The notes below the pieces were generated by a model. It made no database searches, was not told the origin of the DNA, and was given only the letters and a program-made list of their open reading frames with translations. A DNA stretch of 63,684 nucleotides, filler included, from Nitrospiraceae bacterium (GTDB lineage: Bacteria > Nitrospirota > Nitrospiria > Nitrospirales > Nitrospiraceae), in the NCBI GenBank assembly GCA_037442105.1. It is 3 parts of 3 records of this genome, joined end to end, with 100 filler letters (N's around TTAATTAATTAA, not from the genome) between each part and the next. Parts side by side here need not be neighbours in the genome. Positions count along the whole stretch, not along the records: positions 9,080 to 38,475 come from JBBIQV010000037.1; 2 more parts are not named here. One strand, written 5' to 3'. Of the stretch, positions 20,165-30,304 are shown one piece after another (position 1 is the stretch's first letter; every line of letters starts with the position of its first letter). The translations under genes were made by a program, and so were the position numbers.

Positions 20165-21601
20165 ATGCAGCGCGTCGGAAACGACCTCAAGTCGAAGTTC
20201 AAGGCTCTGATCACCCAGCCCACCGGGCTGGACGAGATCGCTGTGGACGATCTCGCGACATCCAGCAAGTTGCAATCGTGGGAAGCGGTCCAGATTCCGG
20301 ACCGGCTGCGATTTTCTTCTCGCCTCGCCCTCAAGCTGGTCTTCCTTTTTGTTCTCGTAATCGCTTTCGTGCCTTGGACCCAAACCATCACCGTCACCGG
20401 TCAGCTCTCCGCATACACACCCTATGAGCGGCCGCAAGACATCGAATCACAGATCACCGGCCGCATCAAGAAATGGCACGTCTTCGAAGGCGTCCGCGTT
20501 AAACAGGGCGACCTGATCGTGGAGCTCGACGACTACGACCCGACATTCATGGCGCCCGACCTTCTCACTCTGTTGGAACAGCGACGAGTCGCGCTGGAGC
20601 AGACCCGCAAAGCCGCGTTAGGGCGAGCCGAAGATTTGGAGAAACGGATCGCGGAGATGCAGAACCTCGTGAAAGCGGCGGTGCCGTCCGCTGAAGCCAG
20701 GGTAGCCGAAGCCGAGAATAAAGTTCGCGAGGCACGGCAGAAGGTGGCCGCGGCCAAGATCGCCGTGGATACGGCCGAGTTGAACGTTGATCGGCACAAG
20801 CTGTTGGTTGAACAAGGCCTTGTCTCGCAGCGTGAACTCGAACTCACCATCCAGGCCGCCATCGCCAGCAAGGCCGATTTGCAAGGGGCTGAAGCCAACC
20901 TGAAGGCTGCCCAACAGGCGATGAAAGCCTTGAGCTTCGGCCGCGATCAGATCAGTGCCGAGGTCTTGCAACGTCTGTTGGATGCCGAGGCGGCCCGGGA
21001 TGCCGCGATTGCGGAAGCCGCCAAAGCGGCGGACCAGTTGGCCGACGTCTCACTTCGTCTATCGAACGCCACCCAGCGGAGAATCGCCAGTCGAATACTT
21101 GCTCCCATCGACGGGACCGTCGTCCGAATGATCGAAGCAGGTGTCGGCGAAACGGTTCGACAGGGAGACAAAATCGTTCGCATCTCGCCCGCCAGTGCAG
21201 ACAAAGCCATCGAGATGGTGGCGGACGGCCTCGATGCTCCGTTGCTGAACGTCGGGCGGAAGGTCCGCATCCTCTTTTACGGCATCCCAGCCATCCCCTT
21301 GCCGGCCTGGCCGGAACTGATGGCCGGTACGTACGGGGGCCTGATCAAGGTCATCGACCAAGTCGACGACGGAAAGGGAAACTTCCGTTTCTGGGTCGTC
21401 CCGGATCCCGAGGAACGGCCGTGGCCCGAACAGGCGCACGTTCGGCAAGGAACGAAAGCCATGGGCTGGGTCATCTTGAACCGAGTACCGCTTTGGTACG
21501 AATTGTGGCGCCGGTTCAACCTCTTCCCACCTGACTACCAGGAACGGCCACCCAGCCTGATCGACACCCTCTTGCCAAAGGCCGGTCGAGGGGCCAAGTA
21601 A
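20165..21601 (+). CDS. HlyD family membrane fusion protein
   Basis: N-terminal TM, lipoyl halves ('ITGRIKKWHVFEGVRVKQGD', 'ILAPIDGTV'), long coiled coil. Confidence 0.9.
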   Translation: MQRVGNDLKSKFKALITQPTGLDEIAVDDLATSSKLQSWEAVQIPDRLRFSSRLALKLVFLFVLVIAFVPWTQTITVTGQLSAYTPYERPQDIESQITGRIKKWHVFEGVRVKQGDLIVELDDYDPTFMAPDLLTLLEQRRVALEQTRKAALGRAEDLEKRIAEMQNLVKAAVPSAEARVAEAENKVREARQKVAAAKIAVDTAELNVDRHKLLVEQGLVSQRELELTIQAAIASKADLQGAEANLKAAQQAMKALSFGRDQISAEVLQRLLDAEAARDAAIAEAAKAADQLADVSLRLSNATQRRIASRILAPIDGTVVRMIEAGVGETVRQGDKIVRISPASADKAIEMVADGLDAPLLNVGRKVRILFYGIPAIPLPAWPELMAGTYGGLIKVIDQVDDGKGNFRFWVVPDPEERPWPEQAHVRQGTKAMGWVILNRVPLWYELWRRFNLFPPDYQERPPSLIDTLLPKAGRGAK

Positions 21602-21723
21602 TCGCACGGCTCGCGACCTTGGCCAGCAACGCCCTATTCGTTTCCCAACCGAATCATGTGAACCCCTATCAGTGGGAGAACCTGCCTTCTCGGCTGAACC
21701 GCCATCAGAAAGGAGCGTATGCC

Positions 21724-23205
21724 ATGGTGCGATGGATGTCCGTGTTCGTCTGCGCAGCTTTCGTATGCTGCGTGGTTGTCTGGAATACGCGGGCGCTCGC
21801 GGCAGAGAGCGCCAAGACCAAGTCATTGCCGCCCATTCCGTTGACCGTCGAAGAGATCCTGGCTTGGATCGACCGATCTCATCCGTTGCTCATGGGAGCC
21901 GGGACGGAAAAGGTCGTGGCCCGCGGGAAAATGCTGAAGGCCTTAGGCGCCTTTGAGCCCACGGTGATCAACGACACGGAGATCGAACGATTCATCTCGA
22001 AGGATAAATTCGGCACGCAGACCGTTGGATTCAACGATACGCTGGTCGAAGCGAAACATCCCTGGGGTTTCCGGGGCAGCGCCGGCATCCGTCAGGCCAT
22101 CGGCGATGCTCAGATCCCCGATCTCTCTTTCGGCAACGGCAACCAGCAAGTCATCCTCGGCGGCTTCTTTCCCCTTCTCAAAGGCCTGATGATGAACCCG
22201 GACAATGCCGAGCTGCAGCGGTCCCAACTGGCGGACCCGCGAGCGGAGATTCAGATTGCGCAGACGCGGCAGGACTTGTTCCTGGCCGCGGCCACGCAGT
22301 TCTGGGATTGGGTCTTCGCCGTGAAACTGGCGGACATCCAGCGGCGAGCATTGACGGTCGCGGAAGATCGGTACAAGCAGGTCGAAGGGCGTGCGAAGGC
22401 CGGCGCCGTGGCTCCGCTCGATGTCGTGGAAGCCGGGCAGGAGGTACAGCGGAGAAAAGAGGTGCTGATCGCAGCCCAGCGACTGATCGAACAAGAGCAA
22501 TACAAGCTGTCCATGTTCCTGTGGGAGCGAAACGCCCCGACCACGCCGCCCATCGAACGGGCGCCGGAGTTTCCGTCCCAGCTCACGACGCCCGCGCCCG
22601 AGATGATTCAGTCCCACAAACTCCAGGCGAAGTCGGAGCGACCGGAGGTCCGAGAAATCGGTATCGAGGCGAAACTTAACAACATCGACCTCGAGCTGGC
22701 CAAAAACAACCTCTTACCAAGCCTTGATGCTGAAGCTGCTCCGGCACGCGCGCCTGAGAAATTCGTCCTCGGCCTGGGATACCGGTTCGGCCTCGAGCTC
22801 AAGATCCCGATCCTGCAACGGAAGAGCCGCGGCGAGGTGCTCGAAGCGCAGGGGAAAGCGGACCGGTTCGTCCTCACGCAGAAGTTCCGGGAGCAACAAG
22901 TGGTGGTGGATGTGGATAATGCCCTGTCGGCCATCGAGCGAGCGAAAGAACGGATCGCGGCGGCGGCGGAGTCGCTTCGCTTAGCCAAGACTCTCGAGGA
23001 AGGAGAACGATTTCGATTCACGATGGGCGCCACGAGCGTGCTGTTCGTGAACCTCCGTGAGCGCAATTCCGTGGACTCGGAAAACCAGTTGATCCGCGCG
23101 AAGGCCGATTACCAGAAAGCGCTCGCGCTGTACCAATGGGCAATCGGCGCCTGGGCGAAAACATTGCCGTCCGTCGTCCCGGTCACCTACAGAGCGCGCG
23201 ATTAA
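21724..23205 (+). CDS. TolC family outer membrane efflux protein
   Basis: Signal peptide, two OEP-like repeats ('AKNNLLPSLD', 'ERFRFTMGATSVL'), AAGGAG RBS. Confidence 0.9.
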   Translation: MVRWMSVFVCAAFVCCVVVWNTRALAAESAKTKSLPPIPLTVEEILAWIDRSHPLLMGAGTEKVVARGKMLKALGAFEPTVINDTEIERFISKDKFGTQTVGFNDTLVEAKHPWGFRGSAGIRQAIGDAQIPDLSFGNGNQQVILGGFFPLLKGLMMNPDNAELQRSQLADPRAEIQIAQTRQDLFLAAATQFWDWVFAVKLADIQRRALTVAEDRYKQVEGRAKAGAVAPLDVVEAGQEVQRRKEVLIAAQRLIEQEQYKLSMFLWERNAPTTPPIERAPEFPSQLTTPAPEMIQSHKLQAKSERPEVREIGIEAKLNNIDLELAKNNLLPSLDAEAAPARAPEKFVLGLGYRFGLELKIPILQRKSRGEVLEAQGKADRFVLTQKFREQQVVVDVDNALSAIERAKERIAAAAESLRLAKTLEEGERFRFTMGATSVLFVNLRERNSVDSENQLIRAKADYQKALALYQWAIGAWAKTLPSVVPVTYRARD

Positions 23206-23357
23206 GCAACGAGAGAGTGGCTTTTTCCCGACTCGTTTGATAGGGTTACACGCGATGTCCATCAAAAACGATTTTGTCGCTGTGGGAGCCGTGTGTGACG
23301 GAAGCGATCGGCGGTCTCACCGGACGCCGAGCCTGATTCCTGGTCGGTGGATGGAGC

Positions 23358-25025
23358 ATGGAGCCGCCTCGTCCTGACGCGCCCGCCAACATATTCCGGA
23401 CGATCATCGGCCACATCGGTCTCCTGCTGCGTCTGGAGAAGCGCATCCTCGGCCTGATCCTGTCCTACTCGCTGGCGATCGGGCTCTTCTCATTGATCGT
23501 CCCGTTGACGGTCCAAGAACTCGTCAACACCTTCGCATTCGCCATTCAACCCATCACCATCGTTACCCTCGCGGCGATCATGGTTCTCGCCCTATTGTTC
23601 GTCGGCGCCTTTCGCGCGTTCCAGTACTACGCGGTGGAAATCCTTGAGCGGCGGATTTTTGCGCGCGTGGCCATAGCGATGACGCAGCGGATTCCGCGCC
23701 TGCGGTTCCAGGGGTTCAAACCACGCTACGCGAACTACTTCTTCGAGACGGTTCTCATGCAGCGCGCCCTGTCCGTATTGTTGGTGGACATGATCAACGT
23801 CGTCGTGGGCGGCGCGGTGGGGATGACGATCCTGGTTTTTTACCATCCCTATTTCTTGCTGTTCAACGCTCTGCTGCTGGCAGGTTTCAACGTGGTGTTC
23901 TTTCTTATGAGTCACGGCGGCTTGAAAGCGACTATCACCATGTCGCACGCCAAGTACGACACGCTGCATTGGCTGCAGGAAATCTCGTATAACATTCTCC
24001 ATTTCAAGTCCACCGACAGCCAATCGTTGTTGATCAACAAAACCGACGATCTCATCAATTCTTACATGGCTGCCCGCCGGGCCCGATTCACCATTCTGAT
24101 CCGCCAGTACCTGACTTCGGTCGGATGGCAAGCCTTGGGGCACAGCGGTTTAATCGCCACCGCTGGCTGGCTGCTCTCGATCGGGCAGCTCACCATCGGG
24201 CAACTGGTAGCCGCCGAGGTTGTCGTCGGTACCCTCTTGCTGAACTTCGACGCGGTCGTCAAGCGCATGGGGCACATCTTCTATTTCATGACGGCGCTCA
24301 CGGAGCTCGATTTTCTGTTCTCTCTCCCGAAAGACCAGGATACCGCGACCCTCTCTGTCCCGCTACCCGATCCGACGATTCACGGGATCAGGTTGACTTG
24401 TAAGGACGTCTCATTCGTGCCCCCCGGCGCGGCACCCGTCTTCGAGAATTTCAACCTGGAAATCATGCCTGGCGAGAAGATCGGCATCTACGCCAATACC
24501 ACGGTCGCAAAGACCGCTCTGGCCCGGGTACTGGCAGGCCTCGATTCACCGACAGCGGGCGTGATCCGTTACAACGGTGTCGATCTCCGGCACCTCGATT
24601 TGGATACCGTGAATCGGTGCCGTGGTTTCGTGTTGGACTCGCAACTGTCTCTCTTCGAAGGCACGCTGGAAGACAACATCATCCTCGGCCGCACCTATAT
24701 CCCCTACAGCGATGTGCGCTGGGCCCTGCGTTTCGTCGAGCTGGAGGAAGAAGTCGATGCCCTCCCGCAGGGACTTAAGACTCACGTCCGGACACCGGGG
24801 CGCGTGTTCGCTCCGACCCATATCCTCCGCATTCTGATCGCGCGCGCGATTCTCGCGCGTCCCCAAATCCTCATCTTCGACGGCATCATCCACAACATGC
24901 AGCCGGCGTTGCGGGAGACAATCCTGCGGCGGCTCTGCGCAAAAGAAGAACCCTGGTCCGTGATCTTCATCTCAAACGATCCAAACCTGACTCCGCACGT
25001 GGACCGCAGGATCGCTCTGGATTGA
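23358..25025 (+). CDS. ABC exporter (TMD plus NBD fusion) with degenerate NBD
   Basis: Six-TM ABC membrane domain ('GQLTIGQLVAAE'), NBD fold ('LFEGTLEDNI'); Walker A, signature and Walker B non-canonical. Confidence 0.85.
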   Translation: MEPPRPDAPANIFRTIIGHIGLLLRLEKRILGLILSYSLAIGLFSLIVPLTVQELVNTFAFAIQPITIVTLAAIMVLALLFVGAFRAFQYYAVEILERRIFARVAIAMTQRIPRLRFQGFKPRYANYFFETVLMQRALSVLLVDMINVVVGGAVGMTILVFYHPYFLLFNALLLAGFNVVFFLMSHGGLKATITMSHAKYDTLHWLQEISYNILHFKSTDSQSLLINKTDDLINSYMAARRARFTILIRQYLTSVGWQALGHSGLIATAGWLLSIGQLTIGQLVAAEVVVGTLLLNFDAVVKRMGHIFYFMTALTELDFLFSLPKDQDTATLSVPLPDPTIHGIRLTCKDVSFVPPGAAPVFENFNLEIMPGEKIGIYANTTVAKTALARVLAGLDSPTAGVIRYNGVDLRHLDLDTVNRCRGFVLDSQLSLFEGTLEDNIILGRTYIPYSDVRWALRFVELEEEVDALPQGLKTHVRTPGRVFAPTHILRILIARAILARPQILIFDGIIHNMQPALRETILRRLCAKEEPWSVIFISNDPNLTPHVDRRIALD

Positions 25026-25165
25026 GCATCGTAGCCATCTAACCACAATTTCCACGTTGGTTGGCTATTAGATCGTGCCGGAGCTACCACCTCGCGCAGC
25101 CCTCATGCGTCAAGGCTTCTCCCGCACGAGCCGATCTGTTAGACTACGAACAAAGGAGAGACCTT

Positions 25166-25918
25166 GTGAGCCAATTCTCGCGCACGCGATTCACCTGGCC
25201 GAGCGGATCCCAGATGCTCATCAGCCTCATGATTGCCGGGCTCGGATGGTTGAGCGGTCAGACACTCAGCCAGGTCGATCAGGACCTCCGCATCATGTAC
25301 ACGGAATACACGCTCGGGGCCGCCGACCTTGCCCACATCTCAGCAGATGTGATGAGGTATCGAAATACCATAATCAGAGCCTTGGAGTCCGACAGCAAAA
25401 AAGATTTTGAACGGATCACGGAATCCCTCCCTGCTCAACGGGCCAGAATTCAGCATGCGGTCGACCGGTATGCAGCGGCGGGATTGCGCGTCTCACGCAG
25501 CGGACGGAGCGAACCGGAGGACATCGAAGCCGTGCGAAAGAGCCTCGACCAATACTTCTCCGTTGCCAGCACTACGATTCAGTTGTTGACGCAGGAGTGG
25601 ACCGCAGGCTCTCCTGCGGAGCGCGAAGCGTTACGTCGCAAGGCTGAGGAACACGCGGCAGACAACGCCGGGCCGAAGATGATTCAAGTCAGCCTTGCGT
25701 TGGACCGGCTCTTGGAAACCGTGGCCGATGTGGCGAAGGATATGCGTGACGAAGGAACGAAAACGATTCGCAACACAAGCGCGATCCTCGTCGGCGGCAG
25801 TTTTTTCATCGCCCTGCTCAACCTGTTTCTGACTCGCTCCTCTGCTTCGCGCCGTGACGACCTGCCGGCCGGGTCGCTATCCCACCCGGCCGCGAATCCC
25901 GCCTTGCCCGGCGAGTAA
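25166..25918 (+). CDS. Stand-alone four-helix-bundle (4HB_MCP-like) sensor-domain membrane protein
   Basis: TM, helical extracytoplasmic domain ('LRIMYTEYTLGAADL'), TM, short tail; AAGGAGAG RBS before GTG. Confidence 0.65.
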   Translation: MSQFSRTRFTWPSGSQMLISLMIAGLGWLSGQTLSQVDQDLRIMYTEYTLGAADLAHISADVMRYRNTIIRALESDSKKDFERITESLPAQRARIQHAVDRYAAAGLRVSRSGRSEPEDIEAVRKSLDQYFSVASTTIQLLTQEWTAGSPAEREALRRKAEEHAADNAGPKMIQVSLALDRLLETVADVAKDMRDEGTKTIRNTSAILVGGSFFIALLNLFLTRSSASRRDDLPAGSLSHPAANPALPGE

Positions 25919-25957
25919 CTGATATTTCCTCAGCCCGGCCCGCTCTTTCGTGGCAAC

Positions 25958-26734
25958 TCAAGTGAAGCGCCGCCCCGTCGATCCCCTGTTTCTCCCTAAC
26001 GCACGGAAGAGCGATTCCCGCTCATCCTCAGACAAATCTTTCCATTGCCCGACCCCCAGCCCTTTGATCGTGATATGCATGATCCGAACGCGATGAAGCG
26101 ATGTCACGCGGTAACCGAGCGCCTGGCACATACGGCGGATCTGCCGGTTCCGGCCTTCGGTTAGGACGATACGGAAGCGCCGAGGTCCGACGCACGTTGC
26201 CTTGCATGGCAACGTGCCTGTTCCCAAGATCACCACCCCCTGCGCCATGCGGTCGAGAAATGTCTGGTCGAACTCCCGGTCCAGCTCTACGAGATACTCC
26301 CGCTCATGCCCGTGTTCGACCCGCAGGATCTCGTTCACGATGTCGCCATCGTTCGTGAGCAGGATCAGTCCTGAGGAATCCTTGTCCAGGCGTCCAATGG
26401 GGAAAATTCTGGCGGGATGCCCGATCTCGGCTATGATGTTGCGCGTCACGTGCGGCTCGCTGGTCGTCGTCACACCAACCGGCTTGTGGTACTTGATATA
26501 CACGAAGGCGCTGCCCCAGGGTACGACCATGCCGTCTCGGGTGATCACGTCGTTCGGTCCCACCTGATCGCCGAGCTTGGCGACGCGTCCGTTGATCGCC
26601 ACCCGCCCTTCTGCAATCAACCGATCCGCCTCTCGCCGCGAACAGATGCCGTGCTGGGTGAAGAATTTATTGATGCGAATGCTGTGAAGGCCGTGAGGGG
26701 TGGGGGATGAGGGGTGAGGGGTTCCGTCAGACAC
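25958..26734 (-). CDS. rRNA pseudouridine synthase (RsuA/RluB/E/F family)
   Basis: S4 domain 'RINKF...SRREAD', catalytic 'GRLDKDSSG', 'EGRNRQIRRM'. Confidence 0.93.
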   Translation of the reverse strand: MSDGTPHPSSPTPHGLHSIRINKFFTQHGICSRREADRLIAEGRVAINGRVAKLGDQVGPNDVITRDGMVVPWGSAFVYIKYHKPVGVTTTSEPHVTRNIIAEIGHPARIFPIGRLDKDSSGLILLTNDGDIVNEILRVEHGHEREYLVELDREFDQTFLDRMAQGVVILGTGTLPCKATCVGPRRFRIVLTEGRNRQIRRMCQALGYRVTSLHRVRIMHITIKGLGVGQWKDLSEDERESLFRALGRNRGSTGRRFT

Positions 26735-26743
26735 TCCTTGCCC

Positions 26744-27682
26744 CTAACTGTTCTGCCTCCGCCGCGAAGCGACGATGCGGCCGAGAATACGATAGATGAG
26801 CCGCGCAACGCAAAACTGCGGCGCCACGAATCCTTCAATGGGCGCAATCTCGCTCACATCCATCCCGACGATACCAGGCCCATTCGCCAAAGCAGTAACG
26901 AGCGCCAACGTGTCGTACCAACCCAACCCGCCTGGCTCCGGTGTCCCCAGCGCCGGCACCAGCGACGCATCCAACCCATCGCAATCGAAGGTGAGGTACA
27001 CGGGACCGGTGCAGGCCTTGACGACATCCGGAATCCAACGCGTCGCCTTTCCCTCATAGGGACCGGTTGGATCCACGATCTGTGACGCGAAGAAGGTCGA
27101 AATAGTCTTGGTGCGCCGGATCAGATCGACTTCTTCGGAACTGATCGAACGAACGCCGACCTGCACCAACGGGCGACCATCCTCTACGACCCGTGCCATC
27201 ACGCTCGCATGGCTGAAGGGATTGCCTTGGTAGGCATGGCGGAGATCGCCGTGTGCGTCGACTTGCACGACGCACAAGCCGGGGTACCGTTTAGCGTGAG
27301 CGCGAATCGCTCCCAGTGCGCCTGTGTGCTCTCCCGTCAGCGTCAACACCAACCGGCCAGACTGAACGTGCGGGAGGACGAAGGCTTCGATGGCATCAAC
27401 GGCGTCGCGGTCCACGCGCCCCTTGAGATCCAACGGCACCGCCGTCGCCACCCCAGCCCATTCCCGATACGGCTCGCACCCCAGCGTCTCGTCATAGAGC
27501 TCGACCTGTTGCGAGGCTTCAAGGATGGCCGACGGGCCTTGATCCGACCCAAGGATGTAACTGGAAGTATGTTCGTAGGGCGCTGGAAGGACGTAGACAC
27601 CGGCCTGGTCCGGATGACACCAGGGCTCGTCGATGCCGAGAAAGTTCTGGCTGGGGCCAAGCCAGCCGGCTGGAAGGGTCAT
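26744..27682 (-). CDS. speB: Agmatinase
   Basis: 'GEH', 'DAHGD', 'DCDGLD', 'GTPEPGG' ureohydrolase motifs; adjacent to arginine decarboxylase. Confidence 0.9.
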   Translation of the reverse strand: MTLPAGWLGPSQNFLGIDEPWCHPDQAGVYVLPAPYEHTSSYILGSDQGPSAILEASQQVELYDETLGCEPYREWAGVATAVPLDLKGRVDRDAVDAIEAFVLPHVQSGRLVLTLTGEHTGALGAIRAHAKRYPGLCVVQVDAHGDLRHAYQGNPFSHASVMARVVEDGRPLVQVGVRSISSEEVDLIRRTKTISTFFASQIVDPTGPYEGKATRWIPDVVKACTGPVYLTFDCDGLDASLVPALGTPEPGGLGWYDTLALVTALANGPGIVGMDVSEIAPIEGFVAPQFCVARLIYRILGRIVASRRRQNS

Positions 27683-27737
27683 AGAAGTCTGCGCGAGCGA
27701 AGCGCCGCATCGGCGGAGACCGGAACACCGCCCGTAA

Positions 27738-28310
27738 TTATCGACGGCGCTCGCGTTTGGGAAGGTTTTCAGGCGGAACGAACACGGCCAGCGCGACCAC
27801 GGTCGTCCAGCGGCCCTTCTTGCCGATCGCGGATTGCGTGATGTTCAAGGTACGGACGATTTTCCCTCCCATCTTGAACACCTGTTCCCGCTCTTTCCAA
27901 GCGATGTTGGGATCAAACTCGATGCCCTGTGTGGTAGCGAGCATCTGCGCAGCCAGGTCCTCAGTGTACTCACCGGATTCCTCGTCCGTCTCGCCATAGG
28001 CATGGTGCTCAGACAGGTAGCCATAGGTTCGACGGTCTGTCGGGATGGCGAGACCGATTGAGGCGGAGATCAGCCGGTTGCGTTCGTTGGTTTCCGACCG
28101 CGCCATCACGCAGAACGTAATCTCGCCGGGATTCACCAGCGTCTCGCCGCGCTTGCGAGGAATGATCTTGCAGTTCGGCGGCAGGATCGACGACACGCTC
28201 ACGAGATTGCAGTATGCGACGCCCGCGCTGCGGAGCGCCTGCTCGAAGGAGGCAAGCTTCTCTCTGTGAACCCCGACCCCTCTCGTCAAGAACATATGTG
28301 TTGGTACCAT
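27738..28310 (-). CDS. pdaD: Pyruvoyl-dependent arginine decarboxylase
   Basis: 'SFEQAL', '[10 protein letters not shown]' (Ser-Ser autocleavage site), 'GYLSEHH'. Confidence 0.92.
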   Translation of the reverse strand: MVPTHMFLTRGVGVHREKLASFEQALRSAGVAYCNLVSVSSILPPNCKIIPRKRGETLVNPGEITFCVMARSETNERNRLISASIGLAIPTDRRTYGYLSEHHAYGETDEESGEYTEDLAAQMLATTQGIEFDPNIAWKEREQVFKMGGKIVRTLNITQSAIGKKGRWTTVVALAVFVPPENLPKRERRR

Positions 28311-28326
28311 CGTCCCTCCCGCTCAA

Positions 28327-28475
28327 CAGTGACCAGTGACGGGTGATCGGTAACAAGCAGTCTACAAGTCTGCATGTCAGAAAATCGCCAAGTCTCCAGG
28401 AGAGTCTGACTTTGGACTTTATGACCTTCCGACTTTATGGACCCGACCGATACGCGCATCACTCATCACGGCTAC
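28327..28475. repeat. Nested heptamer/octamer inverted repeat
   Basis: CAGTGAC CAGTGAC GGGTGAT CGGTAAC; AAGTC-like units with period about 8; complementary GACTT units; GCATCAC TCATCAC. Confidence 0.7.
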
Positions 28476-28545
28476 GCACAAGGTCGCCTTTGTACCAAGT
28501 TTGAGGAGGCTTCCGCAATATGGCGGAGGATTTTTTTTGGCTTCG

Positions 28546-29970
28546 CTACCGCAGGTTGAGCACTAGCATGCGGGGCTCCGTCATCTCTTCGACCGCATAC
28601 CGCACGCCTTCCCGCCCGATCCCCGAATCCTTGACGCCTCCATACGGCATGCGGTCGGAGCGGAAGGTCGGAATCTCGTTGGCCAACACCGCCCCCACCT
28701 CCAGTTGACGGAAGGCTTGGAACAAGCGGGCGACGTCCCTGGTAAAGACGCCGGCTTGGAGCCCATACTCGGAATCGTTCAGAGCCGCGAGAGCCTCCTC
28801 GAATTGACGATAGGGCGTCACCGTCACCACCGGTCCGAATACTTCCTGGCACGACACTTTCATCGCCGGCGTCACGTGCGTCAAGACCGTTGCATCCACG
28901 ACCGATCCCTGTCGTTTTCCGCCCAGCAACAGCCGTGCTCCCTGCTCCACGGCTTCTCCAATCCATTCTTCGACTCGGCGGGCCGCCCCCTGGTCGATTA
29001 AAGGGCCGATGACTGTACTCTCTTCCGTCGGGTCTCCCGCCCGCAGACGGGCCACTTGCATCAGCAGCTTAGTCGTAAACACATCGGCGATCGAGTGATG
29101 CACGAAAATTCGCTGCACCGAGATGCACGTCTGCCCGGCGTAGCCGAACCCGCCGGCCGCGCAGCGCTGCACCGCCAGATCCAGATCGGCATCGGGTTCG
29201 ATGATGACCCCCGCATTGCCGCCGAGCTCCAGCACGACCTTCTTCTTGCCGCACTTGGCCTTCAGCATCCACCCGACGGCCGCGCTGCCGGTAAAACTCA
29301 ACAACTTGAAGCGCGGATCGCCGACCAATCGTTCCGCCACCGCGTTGTCGCAAGGCACGACGTTGAATGCACCGGCAGGAACGCCGGCGTCCAGCCCGAT
29401 CTCGCCCAGCAACAATGCCGTCAGTGGCGTCTGTGGAGCCGGCTTGATAAGGATCGGATTCCCTGCGGCAAGAGCCGGAGCAACTTTGTGCGCAACCAGA
29501 TTGAGCGGAAAGTTGAAGGGGGTGATACCCAGGATGGGGCCGATCGGGAAGCGCTGCACGATTCCAAGATAGGGCTCCATACCGGGCGATGAGTCCAGCG
29601 GGATAATTTCACCGCCGATCCGCTTGGCCTCTTCTGCGGCAATGGTAAACGTCTGGATGGCGCGGCCCACTTCTCGCCGCGCGTCGGCGATCGGCTTTCC
29701 GGCCTCGGCCGTGATCGTGCGGGACACTTCCTCTTGCCGGGATTGGAGCGAGAGGACGATCTTGTGGAGGAAGGCCGCACGGGCATGGGCCGGTAGGTCG
29801 CGCATGACCGGAGCCGCCTCGACCGTCGCCTGGACCGCCGCCTCCGCTTCAGCCTGGCCGGCCTGACAGACCTCAGCAATCTGCTGGCCGGTGAAGGGAT
29901 TGTGAACTATCGCGGTCGCGGCACTCTGGTGCCAGCGACCACCGCTCAAGAAAGGACGCGCGGTTTCCAA
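28546..29970 (-). CDS. NAD(P)-dependent aldehyde dehydrogenase
   Basis: 'TPFNFP', 'FTGS', 'LELGGN', catalytic Cys in 'GQTCIS', 'PYGGVKDSGIGREG'. Confidence 0.93.
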   Translation of the reverse strand: METARPFLSGGRWHQSAATAIVHNPFTGQQIAEVCQAGQAEAEAAVQATVEAAPVMRDLPAHARAAFLHKIVLSLQSRQEEVSRTITAEAGKPIADARREVGRAIQTFTIAAEEAKRIGGEIIPLDSSPGMEPYLGIVQRFPIGPILGITPFNFPLNLVAHKVAPALAAGNPILIKPAPQTPLTALLLGEIGLDAGVPAGAFNVVPCDNAVAERLVGDPRFKLLSFTGSAAVGWMLKAKCGKKKVVLELGGNAGVIIEPDADLDLAVQRCAAGGFGYAGQTCISVQRIFVHHSIADVFTTKLLMQVARLRAGDPTEESTVIGPLIDQGAARRVEEWIGEAVEQGARLLLGGKRQGSVVDATVLTHVTPAMKVSCQEVFGPVVTVTPYRQFEEALAALNDSEYGLQAGVFTRDVARLFQAFRQLEVGAVLANEIPTFRSDRMPYGGVKDSGIGREGVRYAVEEMTEPRMLVLNLR

Positions 29971-29998
29971 CAGACAGGCTCCCTTGCGGAGAGAAAAA

Positions 29999-30277
29999 CT
30001 ATCCGGCGGATTCGATAGGCGAGACTGGCTCGGTCTCCGAGTGAGACGGCTCGACCGCAGCCTGGGCCGCCACCGCTTTGGCGATCAAGTCCTCCGTCCC
30101 CCAATCATGGATGGCCTCCAGGGTAAAGGATTCGTAGGTCGAGACGCCGTGGCAAGTCGGACAGTCCGGCATGGGGACTTTCCGGCGAAAGACTTCGCTC
30201 AAACAGGACATGCAGACCCAGAGATCCGGATCGCCGTCTTGATAGGGAACGGACCAGAACGTTTGTGTAGCTGACAT
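29999..30277 (-). CDS. Small putative metal-binding (two CxxC) protein
   Basis: CMSC and CPTC motifs; co-oriented in the operon with short spacers. Confidence 0.7.
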   Translation of the reverse strand: MSATQTFWSVPYQDGDPDLWVCMSCLSEVFRRKVPMPDCPTCHGVSTYESFTLEAIHDWGTEDLIAKAVAAQAAVEPSHSETEPVSPIESAG

Positions 30278-30304
30278 GATGGTTTCTAACTCCCTGTCGG
30301 TAAA

